Below are positions 53,358-62,769 of a stretch of DNA of 64,000 nucleotides, piece after piece. This DNA is from Bacillota bacterium. GTDB lineage: Bacteria; Bacillota; Clostridia; Peptostreptococcales; Natronincolaceae. Made by a program: the position numbers and the translations under genes. Under the pieces are notes generated by a model. The model was given only the letters and a program-made list of their open reading frames with translations. It searched no databases and was not told where the DNA came from. Where the stretch lies: NCBI GenBank assembly GCA_023387935.1, contig JAEWHG010000131.1, forward strand, positions 15,278 through 79,277. The letters run 5' to 3'. The first letter of the stretch is position 1; each line of letters begins with the position of its first letter.

Positions 53358-54200
53358 ATGATTATTAATTGGTATCCAGGACATATGAAAAAAACGAAAG
53401 AGTTAATAAAAGAGCAGCTAAAACTTGTAGACGTAGTTTATGAGCTACTCGATGCTCGTATACCAATGAGCAGTAAAAATCCTGATATAGATGGAATAAT
53501 TGGGAATAAGCCAAAGGTAATTATACTGAATAAAGTTGACCTAGCAGATCCGCAAATTACAGCTAGATGGGTTGATTATTTTAAGAGAAAAGAAATGACA
53601 GTTATACCTGTTAACACTATAAATGGTGAAGGTATAAGACAAGTGATAGAAGAAAGTGAAAAAGTTGTAAAAGAGAAAATGGATGCGTTAATTGAAAAAG
53701 GTAGAAGAGCGAGACCGGCAAGAGTAATGATTGCAGGAATACCTAATGTAGGAAAATCTTCATTGATAAATAAACTAGCTGGAAGAAAAAGTACTCAAAC
53801 TGGAGATCGACCAGGAGTGACTAAGGGGAAACAATGGATTAGATTAAAAGGAAATATGGAATTATTAGATACACCCGGTATATTATGGCCTAAGTTTGAA
53901 GATCAAGAGGTTGCTCTAAACTTAGCATTTACAGGAGCTATTAAAGATCAAATAATGGATATTGAAACATTAGCGTACAAGTTATTAGAAATTCTATGGA
54001 ATGATCATAAAGATAAAATAATAGAAAGATATAAGGTTAATGAAGAGTATGAAACCACTATAGAGATGATGGACCATATTGCAAGAAATAGAGGGTGTAT
54101 TTTAAAAGGCGATGAGATTGATTATTCAAGGATATCTAACATTTTGTTAGATGAGTTTAGATCTGGAAGAATTGGACGGATTTCTTTAGAACGCCCATAG
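53358..54200 (+). CDS. rbgA: Ribosome biogenesis GTPase RbgA (YlqF)
   Basis: INWYPGHM, DARIP.SS.NP, NKVD, GIPNVGKS, DTPGILWP; start at ATG 53358 after AAGGAG. Confidence 0.96.
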   Translation: MIINWYPGHMKKTKELIKEQLKLVDVVYELLDARIPMSSKNPDIDGIIGNKPKVIILNKVDLADPQITARWVDYFKRKEMTVIPVNTINGEGIRQVIEESEKVVKEKMDALIEKGRRARPARVMIAGIPNVGKSSLINKLAGRKSTQTGDRPGVTKGKQWIRLKGNMELLDTPGILWPKFEDQEVALNLAFTGAIKDQIMDIETLAYKLLEILWNDHKDKIIERYKVNEEYETTIEMMDHIARNRGCILKGDEIDYSRISNILLDEFRSGRIGRISLERP

Positions 54201-54231
54201 TACAAAATTAAAGATAAAGGGGGGTGATTGT

Positions 54232-54843
54232 ATGCCTACACTAGAGATTGAAAATACTATATGGGATATGGGACACAAATATATTGCGTGTTGTGATGAA
54301 GTAGGTCGTGGGTGTTTGTTTGGAGCTGTTTTGGCTGCTGCGGTTATTATGCCAAAGGGTCTAATCATAGACGGTGTAAAAGATTCAAAAAAATTATCGC
54401 CTAAAAAACGAGAACAATTATATGAAATCATTAAGGAGAAATCAATTGCAATAGGAGTAGGTACTGTTTCTGCAGAGATTATAGACAAGATTAATATTAA
54501 AAATGCTACGAGACTAGCTATGAAAAAAGCGGTTTTATCTATTAAAGATAAAGATGAAAACAATATTAGTCCAGACTATATATTAATAGATGCAGAAGAA
54601 ATTGATTTGCCTATTCCACAAATGGGTATTATAAAAGGCGATGATGTTAGTCATGGCATCGCGGTATCTTCCATAGTAGCAAAGGTTTTAAGGGACCGTC
54701 TTTGTCAAAGGTGGGATATGGAGTATCCTAATTATGATATTAAGCAAAATAAAGGCTATGGAACAAAAGCGCACAGGGAAGCATTAAAAAAGTATGGTGT
54801 AAGTCCAATGCATAGAAAGTCATTTTTAACTAAAATATTATGA
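54232..54843 (+). CDS. rnhB: Ribonuclease HII
   Basis: DEVGRG, DSKKL, IIKGD, SIVAKV.RD, NKGYGT..H, HRKSF. Confidence 0.93.
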   Translation: MPTLEIENTIWDMGHKYIACCDEVGRGCLFGAVLAAAVIMPKGLIIDGVKDSKKLSPKKREQLYEIIKEKSIAIGVGTVSAEIIDKINIKNATRLAMKKAVLSIKDKDENNISPDYILIDAEEIDLPIPQMGIIKGDDVSHGIAVSSIVAKVLRDRLCQRWDMEYPNYDIKQNKGYGTKAHREALKKYGVSPMHRKSFLTKIL

Positions 54844-54856
54844 TGGAGATAAGGTT

Positions 54857-55210
54857 ATGAATATAAAAATAGGTTCAATAGGGGAGCAACTAGCGGTAGA
54901 TTATCTTAAAAATAAGGGGTACTATATTTTGGATCGTAATTATCGCACCAAGCTTGGGGAATTAGATATCGTTGCTAAAAAAAATAATCTTATTGTATTT
55001 ATTGAAGTAAAAACTAGAACTTCTGATAAGTTTGGTGTGCCTTCTGAAGCTGTTAATTATAAAAAACAAAAAACAATACAAAAATTGTCTCAGCAGTACA
55101 TATTAAATAAAAATCTTTATGATGATTGTTGGCTCTATAGGTTCGATGTAATTGAAGTAAGAATTAAGGATAAAAAGTATAAAGTAGAGCATATTGAAAA
55201 TGGATTTTAA
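54857..55210 (+). CDS. yraN: YraN (UPF0102) PD-(D/E)XK nuclease
   Basis: GE..A..YL...GY.IL.RNY, GELDIVA, VFIEVKTR, RFDV. Confidence 0.92.
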   Translation: MNIKIGSIGEQLAVDYLKNKGYYILDRNYRTKLGELDIVAKKNNLIVFIEVKTRTSDKFGVPSEAVNYKKQKTIQKLSQQYILNKNLYDDCWLYRFDVIEVRIKDKKYKVEHIENGF

Positions 55211-55237
55211 AAATAGTAGCTACGCTACTATTTTTTT
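55209..55237 (+). terminator. Terminator after yraN
   Basis: AAAAATAGTAGC-TAC-GCTACTATTTTTTT. Confidence 0.7.
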
Positions 55238-55266
55238 GAAAAAAATAGCAAAAAAATGAAAAAAAT

Positions 55267-55293
55267 AAAGGAAAAAAAATGTGCTTATAGAAT
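55267..55293 (+). promoter_or_regulatory. sigmaH-type promoter upstream of comM-dprA
   Basis: AAAGGA-17 bp-GAAT. Confidence 0.55.
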
Positions 55294-55338
55294 CTGTTCA
55301 TATAGTTATTGTAGAATATGTGAATGGGAAGTGTAGAT

Positions 55339-56868
55339 ATGTTATCTAAGGTAAAAACTTGTTCTATAACAGGATTAATTGTGACTATGATAGATGTTGA
55401 AGTAGATATAGCGAATGGACTACCAAATGTAAATGTGGTTGGACTTCCTGATATGGCAATAAAAGAATCTAAGGAAAGAGTCAGAGCAGCCATAAAAAAC
55501 AGCGAATTAGATTTTCCTTTAAAAAGAATTACAATTAACTTATCTCCTGCAGATACAAAGAAGGAAGGAAGCCAATTCGATCTGCCTATAGCCTTAGGAA
55601 TTTTAAGAGCTTCAATGCAGATTCCAATCGAAGAGCTGGATCATACATTGGTACTCGGAGAATTATCATTGGACGGAAAGACGAAAAGAATAAACGGAGT
55701 TTTGCCAATATTGCTGGAGATGTATGATCTAGGTATTAAAAAAGTAATACTTCCAAGGGAAAATTTAGAAGAAGCTAAAATAGTAGATGGAATAGAAATA
55801 ATACCAGTAGAGAGTTTGAAGGATGTTGTAGAGCATTTTAAGGGTGAACATAGGATAACTAGTTATATGGGCAATTCTAACTATGAATATTGTAAAGACT
55901 TTACTGGAGATGACTTTAAAGATTTACACGGTCAGGAAAATTTAAAAAGAGGATTAGAAATAGCTGCATCTGGAAATCATAATTTATTAATGATAGGTCC
56001 TCCAGGCTCTGGCAAGACAATGGCAGCTAGAAGGCTACCGTCTATACTTCCGAAGCTTACCTTTAATGAAGCTTTGGAAATTACTAAGATATATAGTGTA
56101 TCCGGTCTTCTTAGTAGCACTGAAGCTTTGATTAAAAAGAGGCCCTTTAGAGCTCCTCATCACACTAGTTCTGTTGTTGCATTAACAGGTGGAGGAAGAA
56201 TTCCAAAGCCAGGAGAAGTTTCTCTTAGTCACTATGGTGTTTTATTCTTGGACGAATTACCTGAATTCAATAAATCTGCATTGGAAGTGTTAAGACAACC
56301 ATTAGAAGATAGGAATATCCATATATCAAGAGTAAATGGCGCGTATACTTACCCAGCAGACTTTATGTTGATAGGGGCAATGAATCCGTGTCCTTGTGGT
56401 TACTACGGAACTAATTCTGGTAAGGAGTGTAAATGTACAGCTTTTCAGGTGAGTAGATATGTTAGTAAGATATCCGGTCCTCTTATTGATAGAATCGACT
56501 TAATTGTAGAAACTTCAGCCGTAGAATATAAGGATTTGATCAGTGATAAAAAAATAGAATCTTCTAAAGAAATTAGATTGCGTGTGGAAAAGGCTAGAGA
56601 TATTCAACTAGATCGGTATAAGAAAACCAACTACTTATTTAACTCACAGTTAAGTGGAGCAGCAATAAAGAAATACTGTGTATTAACTCCTTCATCTCAA
56701 AAATTAATGGATTTAGCTTTTGAAAAGATGAAGTTAAGTGCTAGAGGCTATAGTAGGATTCTAAAAGTAGCTAGGACTATAGCTGATTTAGAATGTAGTG
56801 ATATTATTGCAGAAAATCATTTGGCAGAAGCCTTACAATATAGAAATGTAAACGGATTAATTCCATAA
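55339..56868 (+). CDS. comM: YifB/ComM Mg-chelatase-like AAA+ helicase
   Basis: VGLPD.A.KES.ERV, GELSLDG, GPPGSGKTM, RPFRAPHH, LFLDELPEF, AMNPCPCG, LSARG. Confidence 0.92.
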   Translation: MLSKVKTCSITGLIVTMIDVEVDIANGLPNVNVVGLPDMAIKESKERVRAAIKNSELDFPLKRITINLSPADTKKEGSQFDLPIALGILRASMQIPIEELDHTLVLGELSLDGKTKRINGVLPILLEMYDLGIKKVILPRENLEEAKIVDGIEIIPVESLKDVVEHFKGEHRITSYMGNSNYEYCKDFTGDDFKDLHGQENLKRGLEIAASGNHNLLMIGPPGSGKTMAARRLPSILPKLTFNEALEITKIYSVSGLLSSTEALIKKRPFRAPHHTSSVVALTGGGRIPKPGEVSLSHYGVLFLDELPEFNKSALEVLRQPLEDRNIHISRVNGAYTYPADFMLIGAMNPCPCGYYGTNSGKECKCTAFQVSRYVSKISGPLIDRIDLIVETSAVEYKDLISDKKIESSKEIRLRVEKARDIQLDRYKKTNYLFNSQLSGAAIKKYCVLTPSSQKLMDLAFEKMKLSARGYSRILKVARTIADLECSDIIAENHLAEALQYRNVNGLIP

Positions 56869-56889
56869 GGGCTAGTAGGGGGAATTTAA

Positions 56890-57987
56890 ATGAGGTTAAA
56901 TCAAAGTGAAATCATTGTATGGTTAAGTCATTTAGAAGGGGTTACTAATAGGGATATAAAAAAATTAATTGAGTATTTTAATAGTTTGGAAGAAATTTGG
57001 AAAGCAGATAAGAAACATTTAATGAATGCTTTAAATAGTAGAGGGATAATAGTTGATAAAATTATAGAAAATAGGAATGAACAATATATTAGTAAAATCT
57101 TTAAAAGTTTAACAGACAATAATATAACAGCTTTGACAATTTTTGATGAGGAATATCCGACAAAACTTAAAAATATATACGATACACCTTCTGTAATATA
57201 TATAAAAGGAAATAAAAAGTATTTCCATATGCCATTGATCGCTATTGTAGGTTCGAGAAAATCAACAGCTTATGGAAGATGGGCAGCGTATCAATTTGCA
57301 AAAGTGTTGGCAGAATGGGGAGTTGGTACAATTAGTGGATTAGCCATGGGCATAGACACTTATGGACATAAGGGAGCATTGGAAGGACATGGATATACTA
57401 TTGGTGTTTTAGGTTGTGGCTTGGATCAATGTTATCCAGCATCTAATCGAGATTTAATGGAAAAGATTATTCAAGATGGTTGCATTATTTCAGAATACCC
57501 TATAGGAATGCCTCCTTTAAAGCATAATTTTCCTGCTAGGAATAGAATCGTTAGTGGTTTGTCAGATGGTGTAATAGTGATTGAAGCTTCAGAAAAAAGT
57601 GGTGCATTAATCACGGTAGAATATGCATTGGATCAAGGGAAAGATGTCTATGCTCTTCCTGGGAATATAAATAATATGCAGAGTAGAGGCGTTAATAAGC
57701 TTATAAGAGATGGGGCTAGAATACTTTTAGAAATTGATGATGTAATCGAAAATCTTAAGTATAAATATGTCATAGGCAAAAAAAGTCTAGAACAATCTGC
57801 AAAGGAAGAATTAAGCAAATTAGAATCTATGATATATGAGATAATAAAAAGAAATCCTGTAAATATTGATTTAATTATAAATGAAACAGGAATGAAGGCA
57901 TCGGAACTGAGTCCCATCCTAACTATATTGGAAATTAAAGGCTATATAAATCAGATGTCTGGTAAAACATTTACAGTATCGAAATAA
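56890..57987 (+). CDS. dprA: DNA processing protein DprA
   Basis: AIVGSR, SGLAMGID, FPARNRIVSGLS, KSGALIT; C-terminal winged helix. Confidence 0.95.
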   Translation: MRLNQSEIIVWLSHLEGVTNRDIKKLIEYFNSLEEIWKADKKHLMNALNSRGIIVDKIIENRNEQYISKIFKSLTDNNITALTIFDEEYPTKLKNIYDTPSVIYIKGNKKYFHMPLIAIVGSRKSTAYGRWAAYQFAKVLAEWGVGTISGLAMGIDTYGHKGALEGHGYTIGVLGCGLDQCYPASNRDLMEKIIQDGCIISEYPIGMPPLKHNFPARNRIVSGLSDGVIVIEASEKSGALITVEYALDQGKDVYALPGNINNMQSRGVNKLIRDGARILLEIDDVIENLKYKYVIGKKSLEQSAKEELSKLESMIYEIIKRNPVNIDLIINETGMKASELSPILTILEIKGYINQMSGKTFTVSK

Positions 57988-58060
57988 ATTGATATAATGT
58001 AAAGGCTTGATTTTATCTAATAATTAAGGGAAAAATCACAGCATAATGGAGGTGTACAAA

Positions 58061-60133
58061 TTGGCAAAATCCTTAGTAATTGTCGAATCGCCAGCAAAAG
58101 CAAAAACAATAGAAAAGTTCCTAGGAAAAAATTATGTTGTAAAAGCATCTGTTGGACATATTATTGATTTACCAAAAAGTAAACTTGGGGTTGATATAGA
58201 TAATGATTTTGAGCCACAATATATTACGATACGTGGCAAAGGACCTATTTTAAAAGAGATTAAAACTCTGGCTAAAAAATCAAAAAATGTTTATTTGGCA
58301 ACTGACCCTGATAGGGAAGGCGAGGCAATTTCATGGCATTTAGCTAGAGCGTTAGGTATAGATGAAAGCAATCCCTGTAGAATTGAATTTAATGAGATTA
58401 CTAAAAATACCATTAAAAATGCAATAAAAAAACCTAGAAAAATTAATCAAAATTTGGTAGATGCTCAACAAGCAAGAAGGGTTTTAGACAGATTAGTAGG
58501 ATACCAAATCAGTCCTCTTCTTTGGAAAAATGTTAGAAAAGGATTAAGTGCTGGTCGAGTGCAATCTGTTGCCACTAAGCTTATAATTGATAGAGAAGAA
58601 GAGATAAAAAGCTTTAAACCTGAAGAATATTGGACATTAAATTTAAATGGAGAAAATAAAAACAAAGAAAAATTTGAAATTAAGTTTCAATCTGACGATT
58701 TGGGGAATAAAGAAATAAATAAAGAAGAAGATATAAATAGGATTCTAAACACTTTAGGAGAGAATATGCTAACTGTTACTAGCATTAAAAAAGGAGAGAA
58801 AAAACGAAATCCTGGTCTTCCTTTTACAACTAGCACATTACAACAGGAGGCTGCTACAAAATTAGGCTTCTCTACTAAAAAGACAATGTCTTTAGCTCAA
58901 CAGCTTTATGAAGGAATTGATATAGGGAAAGATGGTACTGTAGGTTTGATTAGTTATATTAGAACGGATTCTACTCGAATATCAGATGAGGCTGCTGATT
59001 CGCTTAAAAATTACATTAATGAACTAATTGGAAATGAGTATTATAATAAAGAGCCTAAAGAAAAAAGAGAAAGCAAAGCCAAAAAGAAAGTACAGGATGC
59101 CCATGAAGGTATTAGGCCAACTGATGTTTATAGACATCCAGATACTCTTAAACCATGTTTAACTAAAGATCAACACACACTTTATAAATTAATATGGGAA
59201 CGTTTTGTTTCCAGCCAAATGAATCCTGCTATATTTGATACCTTATCTGTGGAACTTAATGGAAATGGGATAATTTTCAAATCTACAGGCTCTAGGTTAA
59301 AGTTTGATGGATTCTTAAAGATTTATAGTTATGCTAATTCATCTGAAAATGTGGAATTACCTATTCTAACAGAGGGAGAAAAGATCAATATATTAGAGAA
59401 AATGCCTAAACAGCATTTTACACAACCTCCTGGAAGATATACCGAAGCCACATTAGTAAAAACCATGGAAGAACTAGGTATAGGTAGACCCAGTACTTAT
59501 TCTCCAACCATATCTACAATACTTTCTAGAGGATATGTTGAAAAAGATGGCAGAAATCTAGCTGCTACAGAATTAGGATACATTATAAATGAAATTCTTG
59601 AGGATTATTTTTCTAAAATTATTGATATTAATTTCACTGCGGATCTAGAACAGCGATTAGACCATATAGAGGATGATGAGCAAGATTGGAAAAAACTCAT
59701 TTCGGAATTTTATTGTGAATTCAAAACAATGCTAACATATGCGGAAGAACATATGGAGGAGATTGATTTAGTAGAAGAAAGCGATGAAAACTGTAAGAAG
59801 TGTGGTTCAATTATGTTAATTAAACATGGTAGATATGGTAAGTTTTTAGCTTGTTCAAACTATCCTGATTGTGAAGAAACTAAACCTTTTCTTCATAAAA
59901 TAGGTGTACATTGTCCTAAGTGTCAAGATGGAGAGGTTATAGAAAGAAGGTCAAAAAAAGGTAGACTTTTTTATGGGTGTAGTAATTTTCCTGATTGTAG
60001 ATTTGTATCGTGGAATAGACCGATAGATAAAAAGTGTCCTGAATGTGGAGATATACTAGTGTATAAGAAAAATAAAAAAGGTGAAAAAAATATTTGTAAC
60101 AATAAAGATTGTAAATTTGAGGAACAAATTTGA
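58061..60133 (+). CDS. topA: DNA topoisomerase I
   Basis: LVIVESPAKAKTI, ATDPDREGEAI, SAGRVQS, YIRTDS, C-terminal C4 zinc ribbons; TTG start after GGAGG. Confidence 0.97.
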   Translation: MAKSLVIVESPAKAKTIEKFLGKNYVVKASVGHIIDLPKSKLGVDIDNDFEPQYITIRGKGPILKEIKTLAKKSKNVYLATDPDREGEAISWHLARALGIDESNPCRIEFNEITKNTIKNAIKKPRKINQNLVDAQQARRVLDRLVGYQISPLLWKNVRKGLSAGRVQSVATKLIIDREEEIKSFKPEEYWTLNLNGENKNKEKFEIKFQSDDLGNKEINKEEDINRILNTLGENMLTVTSIKKGEKKRNPGLPFTTSTLQQEAATKLGFSTKKTMSLAQQLYEGIDIGKDGTVGLISYIRTDSTRISDEAADSLKNYINELIGNEYYNKEPKEKRESKAKKKVQDAHEGIRPTDVYRHPDTLKPCLTKDQHTLYKLIWERFVSSQMNPAIFDTLSVELNGNGIIFKSTGSRLKFDGFLKIYSYANSSENVELPILTEGEKINILEKMPKQHFTQPPGRYTEATLVKTMEELGIGRPSTYSPTISTILSRGYVEKDGRNLAATELGYIINEILEDYFSKIIDINFTADLEQRLDHIEDDEQDWKKLISEFYCEFKTMLTYAEEHMEEIDLVEESDENCKKCGSIMLIKHGRYGKFLACSNYPDCEETKPFLHKIGVHCPKCQDGEVIERRSKKGRLFYGCSNFPDCRFVSWNRPIDKKCPECGDILVYKKNKKGEKNICNNKDCKFEEQI

Positions 60134-60167
60134 AAATTGTAAATCTTCAAATTTAACAAAATATATA

Positions 60168-60196
60168 TTGAAATAAAGTAATAATTATGATACTAT
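60168..60196 (+). promoter_or_regulatory. Candidate sigmaA promoter for codY
   Basis: TTGAAA-17 bp-TACTAT with extended TG. Confidence 0.5.
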
Positions 60197-60484
60197 TTCT
60201 AATATGTGTTCGATTTAAAACTGTTGCAAATAATGGGAAATGTTTACAAACGATGTAATTCGGATTTTAAATTATATTTTTAATTTTAAATAATTTAAAT
60301 GAATTTAGTAAATACAATGAGTATAGAAAATTGTTTTTTAGACTAAGCTATAATTAATATAATCCGGCAAGAATAGTTATATTTTAGAGTTATTGTGATT
60401 ACATTATTTCCTACACAAAACAGAGAATGAACTAACATTAATCTACAATATTTTCAAATTAGAGTTTTTTAAGGAGGAAGAATA

Positions 60485-61264
60485 ATGAGTGGTACACTAT
60501 TAGAAAAAACAAGAAGAATTAATAAAATTTTGCAACAATCAGCGGATACTAATATTTCTTTTAATGAAGTTTGTAGAATTCTAAGCGAAATTTTAGATGC
60601 TAACGCATATGTAGCCAGTTCAAAGGGAAAGGTATTAGGTGTTAGTTTAACGGATACATCAGATTGTCCTATTATGACTGATGAAAAAACTGGAGAAAAA
60701 AGATTTCCAGAAGAATATAATGATCAATTATTGCTTATAAATGAAACTAGAGCAAATATTACAAAAAATGAGCTGCTTACAATATTTAAGTACGATATTG
60801 AAAGTTATGAAAAATTGGTTACTATTGTACCAATAAATGGGAGTGGTCAGCGCCTAGGAACTCTTGTGTTAGCAAGATTTGATAAGCCTTTTGGTGATGA
60901 TGATTTGGTAATGGCTGAATATAGTGCAACGGTAGTAGGAATGGAAATTATGAGATCTGAATCAGATGCATTAGAAGAAGATACTAGAAAAAAAGCTGTA
61001 GTTCAAATGGCTATAGGTACATTATCATATTCAGAATTAGAAGCTGTTGAACATATTTTTAACGAATTAGATGGGGAAGAAGGATTACTAGTAGCTAGTA
61101 AAATTGCTGACCGCGTTGGTATAACTCGATCTGTTATAGTTAATGCTTTAAGAAAATTTGAAAGTGCTGGAGTTATTGAATCAAGATCACTTGGAATGAA
61201 AGGGACTCACATTAGGATTTTAAACGATCATCTACTTGATGAATTAAGAAAATTAAGAAGATAG
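60485..61264 (+). CDS. codY: GTP/branched-chain amino acid-sensing regulator CodY
   Basis: LLEKTR.IN..LQ, GAF domain, [37 protein letters not shown]. Confidence 0.98.
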   Translation: MSGTLLEKTRRINKILQQSADTNISFNEVCRILSEILDANAYVASSKGKVLGVSLTDTSDCPIMTDEKTGEKRFPEEYNDQLLLINETRANITKNELLTIFKYDIESYEKLVTIVPINGSGQRLGTLVLARFDKPFGDDDLVMAEYSATVVGMEIMRSESDALEEDTRKKAVVQMAIGTLSYSELEAVEHIFNELDGEEGLLVASKIADRVGITRSVIVNALRKFESAGVIESRSLGMKGTHIRILNDHLLDELRKLRR

Positions 61265-61284
61265 GAATTTAGTTTAATACTATT

Positions 61285-61320
61285 AAAACCAACTGTATGT
61301 ATACAGTTGGTTTTTTCTTT
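61285..61320 (+). terminator. Terminator after codY
   Basis: AAAACCAACTGTAT-GT-ATACAGTTGGTTTT with T tail. Confidence 0.8.
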
Positions 61321-61582
61321 GAGTTTCTTTAGTACTGCAGTCCTGAAAGGGAAAATTTCTCGTAAAAAAGAAGGAAATTAGCTGATTTTGTCAAATATAT
61401 GTTGTATAATCAGATTATATTGTTAAAAGAGTATTATTATGATTTAAAAGTGCGATTTTTAGAAAAATTTAGCAGATTTAGTACCCTAATAAATTGCATA
61501 ATGGAGTATTTAAAAGATTTTCTTTAAAAATCCGAAGTGCAAAAATTATGGGAATTAAGTTGAAAGATTTGTGGAGGTAGCT

Positions 61583-61978
61583 ATGTACAATAATATTAAT
61601 ATTTTATCAAAGGCGTTAGATGCTTCGTGGAAACGTAACGAAGTAATTGCTAATAATATTGCAAATGCAGAAACACCTAATTTTAAGAGATCGGATATAG
61701 TTTTTGAAGATCTTTTAAAAGAGGAACTTTCAGGTACAAGACTAAAGGGAATGACTACTAACTCAAACCATATTCCTATAAATGGAGGCAGTATTAAAGA
61801 TCTAAAATATCAAATAAAAAAAGATGACACTTATAGTACTCGTACTGATAATAATAATGTGGATATTGACATTGAAATGGCTGAAAGGGTTAAAAATGAA
61901 ATAATGTATAATACCTTAACAAGTAGGATTCAAAGTGGATTCCAAAAAATAAAATATGTTATTAATGAAGGGAAGTAG
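61583..61978 (+). CDS. flgB: Flagellar basal body rod protein FlgB
   Basis: ALD....R..VIANNIANAETPNFKR.D, D.NNVDIDIEM. Confidence 0.95.
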   Translation: MYNNINILSKALDASWKRNEVIANNIANAETPNFKRSDIVFEDLLKEELSGTRLKGMTTNSNHIPINGGSIKDLKYQIKKDDTYSTRTDNNNVDIDIEMAERVKNEIMYNTLTSRIQSGFQKIKYVINEGK

Positions 61979-61984
61979 TTATTT

Positions 61985-62428
61985 ATGTCAATTTTTAATT
62001 CCATAAATATAAGTGCATCTGGATTAACAGCAGAAAGATTAAGGATGGATGTAGTTACGAAAAATATTGCAAATGCAAATACAACGAGAACGGCAAATGG
62101 AACCCCATATAGAAGACAGGTAGCTGTATTTAAAACTAAAGATAGTGACACTTCATTTTCGGAGTACCTTAAACGTTCAACTGGACAAACATCAAAATTT
62201 GGTGGCGTTGAAGTTGCTTCTATTCAGAATGATTCATCTCCATATAAAAACGTATATGAACCTGGTCATCCTGATGCGGACGAAAACGGTTATGTACAAA
62301 TGCCAAATGTAGATATAGTTACAGAAATGGCAAATATGATTTCTGCAACAAGAGCGTATGAAGCTAATGTTACCGCATTAAACGGGACTAAAGGCATGGC
62401 TCTTAAGGCCTTAGAAATTGGTAAATAA
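61985..62428 (+). CDS. flgC: Flagellar basal body rod protein FlgC
   Basis: ISASGLTAERLRMD...NIANANTT, YEPGHPDAD..GYV.MPNV, RAYEAN. Confidence 0.96.
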   Translation: MSIFNSINISASGLTAERLRMDVVTKNIANANTTRTANGTPYRRQVAVFKTKDSDTSFSEYLKRSTGQTSKFGGVEVASIQNDSSPYKNVYEPGHPDADENGYVQMPNVDIVTEMANMISATRAYEANVTALNGTKGMALKALEIGK

Positions 62429-62442
62429 AGGAGAAGTGTAAA

Positions 62443-62745
62443 ATGGAAATTAATAATATTAGTCAACTTAACTCTATGAAACTTAATTCTATAAACTCAA
62501 TTTCAGAAGAAAAACCTGAAAACACAGTATCCTTTGCTACATTTCTAAATGAATCCTTGGAAAAAGTGAGTTCCCTTGAAAAAGAGTCGCAGGACTACAC
62601 TTTGAAATTAGCAACAGGTGAATTAGAGAACATACATGAAGCTATGATTGCAGCTGAGAAAGCCGATGTTGCTCTTCAATTAACTATGAAAATTAGGAAT
62701 AAGATTTTAGATGCATATAATGAAATAATGAGAATGCAGATTTAG
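62443..62745 (+). CDS. fliE: Flagellar hook-basal body protein FliE
   Basis: HEAMIA.EKA..ALQL...IRNK.LDAYNEIMRMQI. Confidence 0.95.
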   Translation: MEINNISQLNSMKLNSINSISEEKPENTVSFATFLNESLEKVSSLEKESQDYTLKLATGELENIHEAMIAAEKADVALQLTMKIRNKILDAYNEIMRMQI

Positions 62746-62769
62746 TTGTAGCAGAAGAGAGGTGAGTTA

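Noticed and set aside
54841..54852. Selenocysteine readthrough of TGA stops (rnhB, topA, DUF116, rimM)
   Set aside because: The proteins are complete at those stops; rnhB readthrough hits TAA after two codons, and no SECIS-like hairpin is evident.
60200..60213. LexA/SOS box-like TAATATGTGTTCG upstream of codY
   Set aside because: Only the GTTC half-site matches GAAC-N4-GTTC.
61335..61360. Possible c-di-GMP-I riboswitch before flgB (TCCT-GAAA-GGGA hairpin), as in C. difficile
   Set aside because: It lacks the GCAAA...GAAA...GACGCAAA framework and second stem, and lies upstream of the candidate promoters. No long inverted repeats of a flagellar switch were seen.
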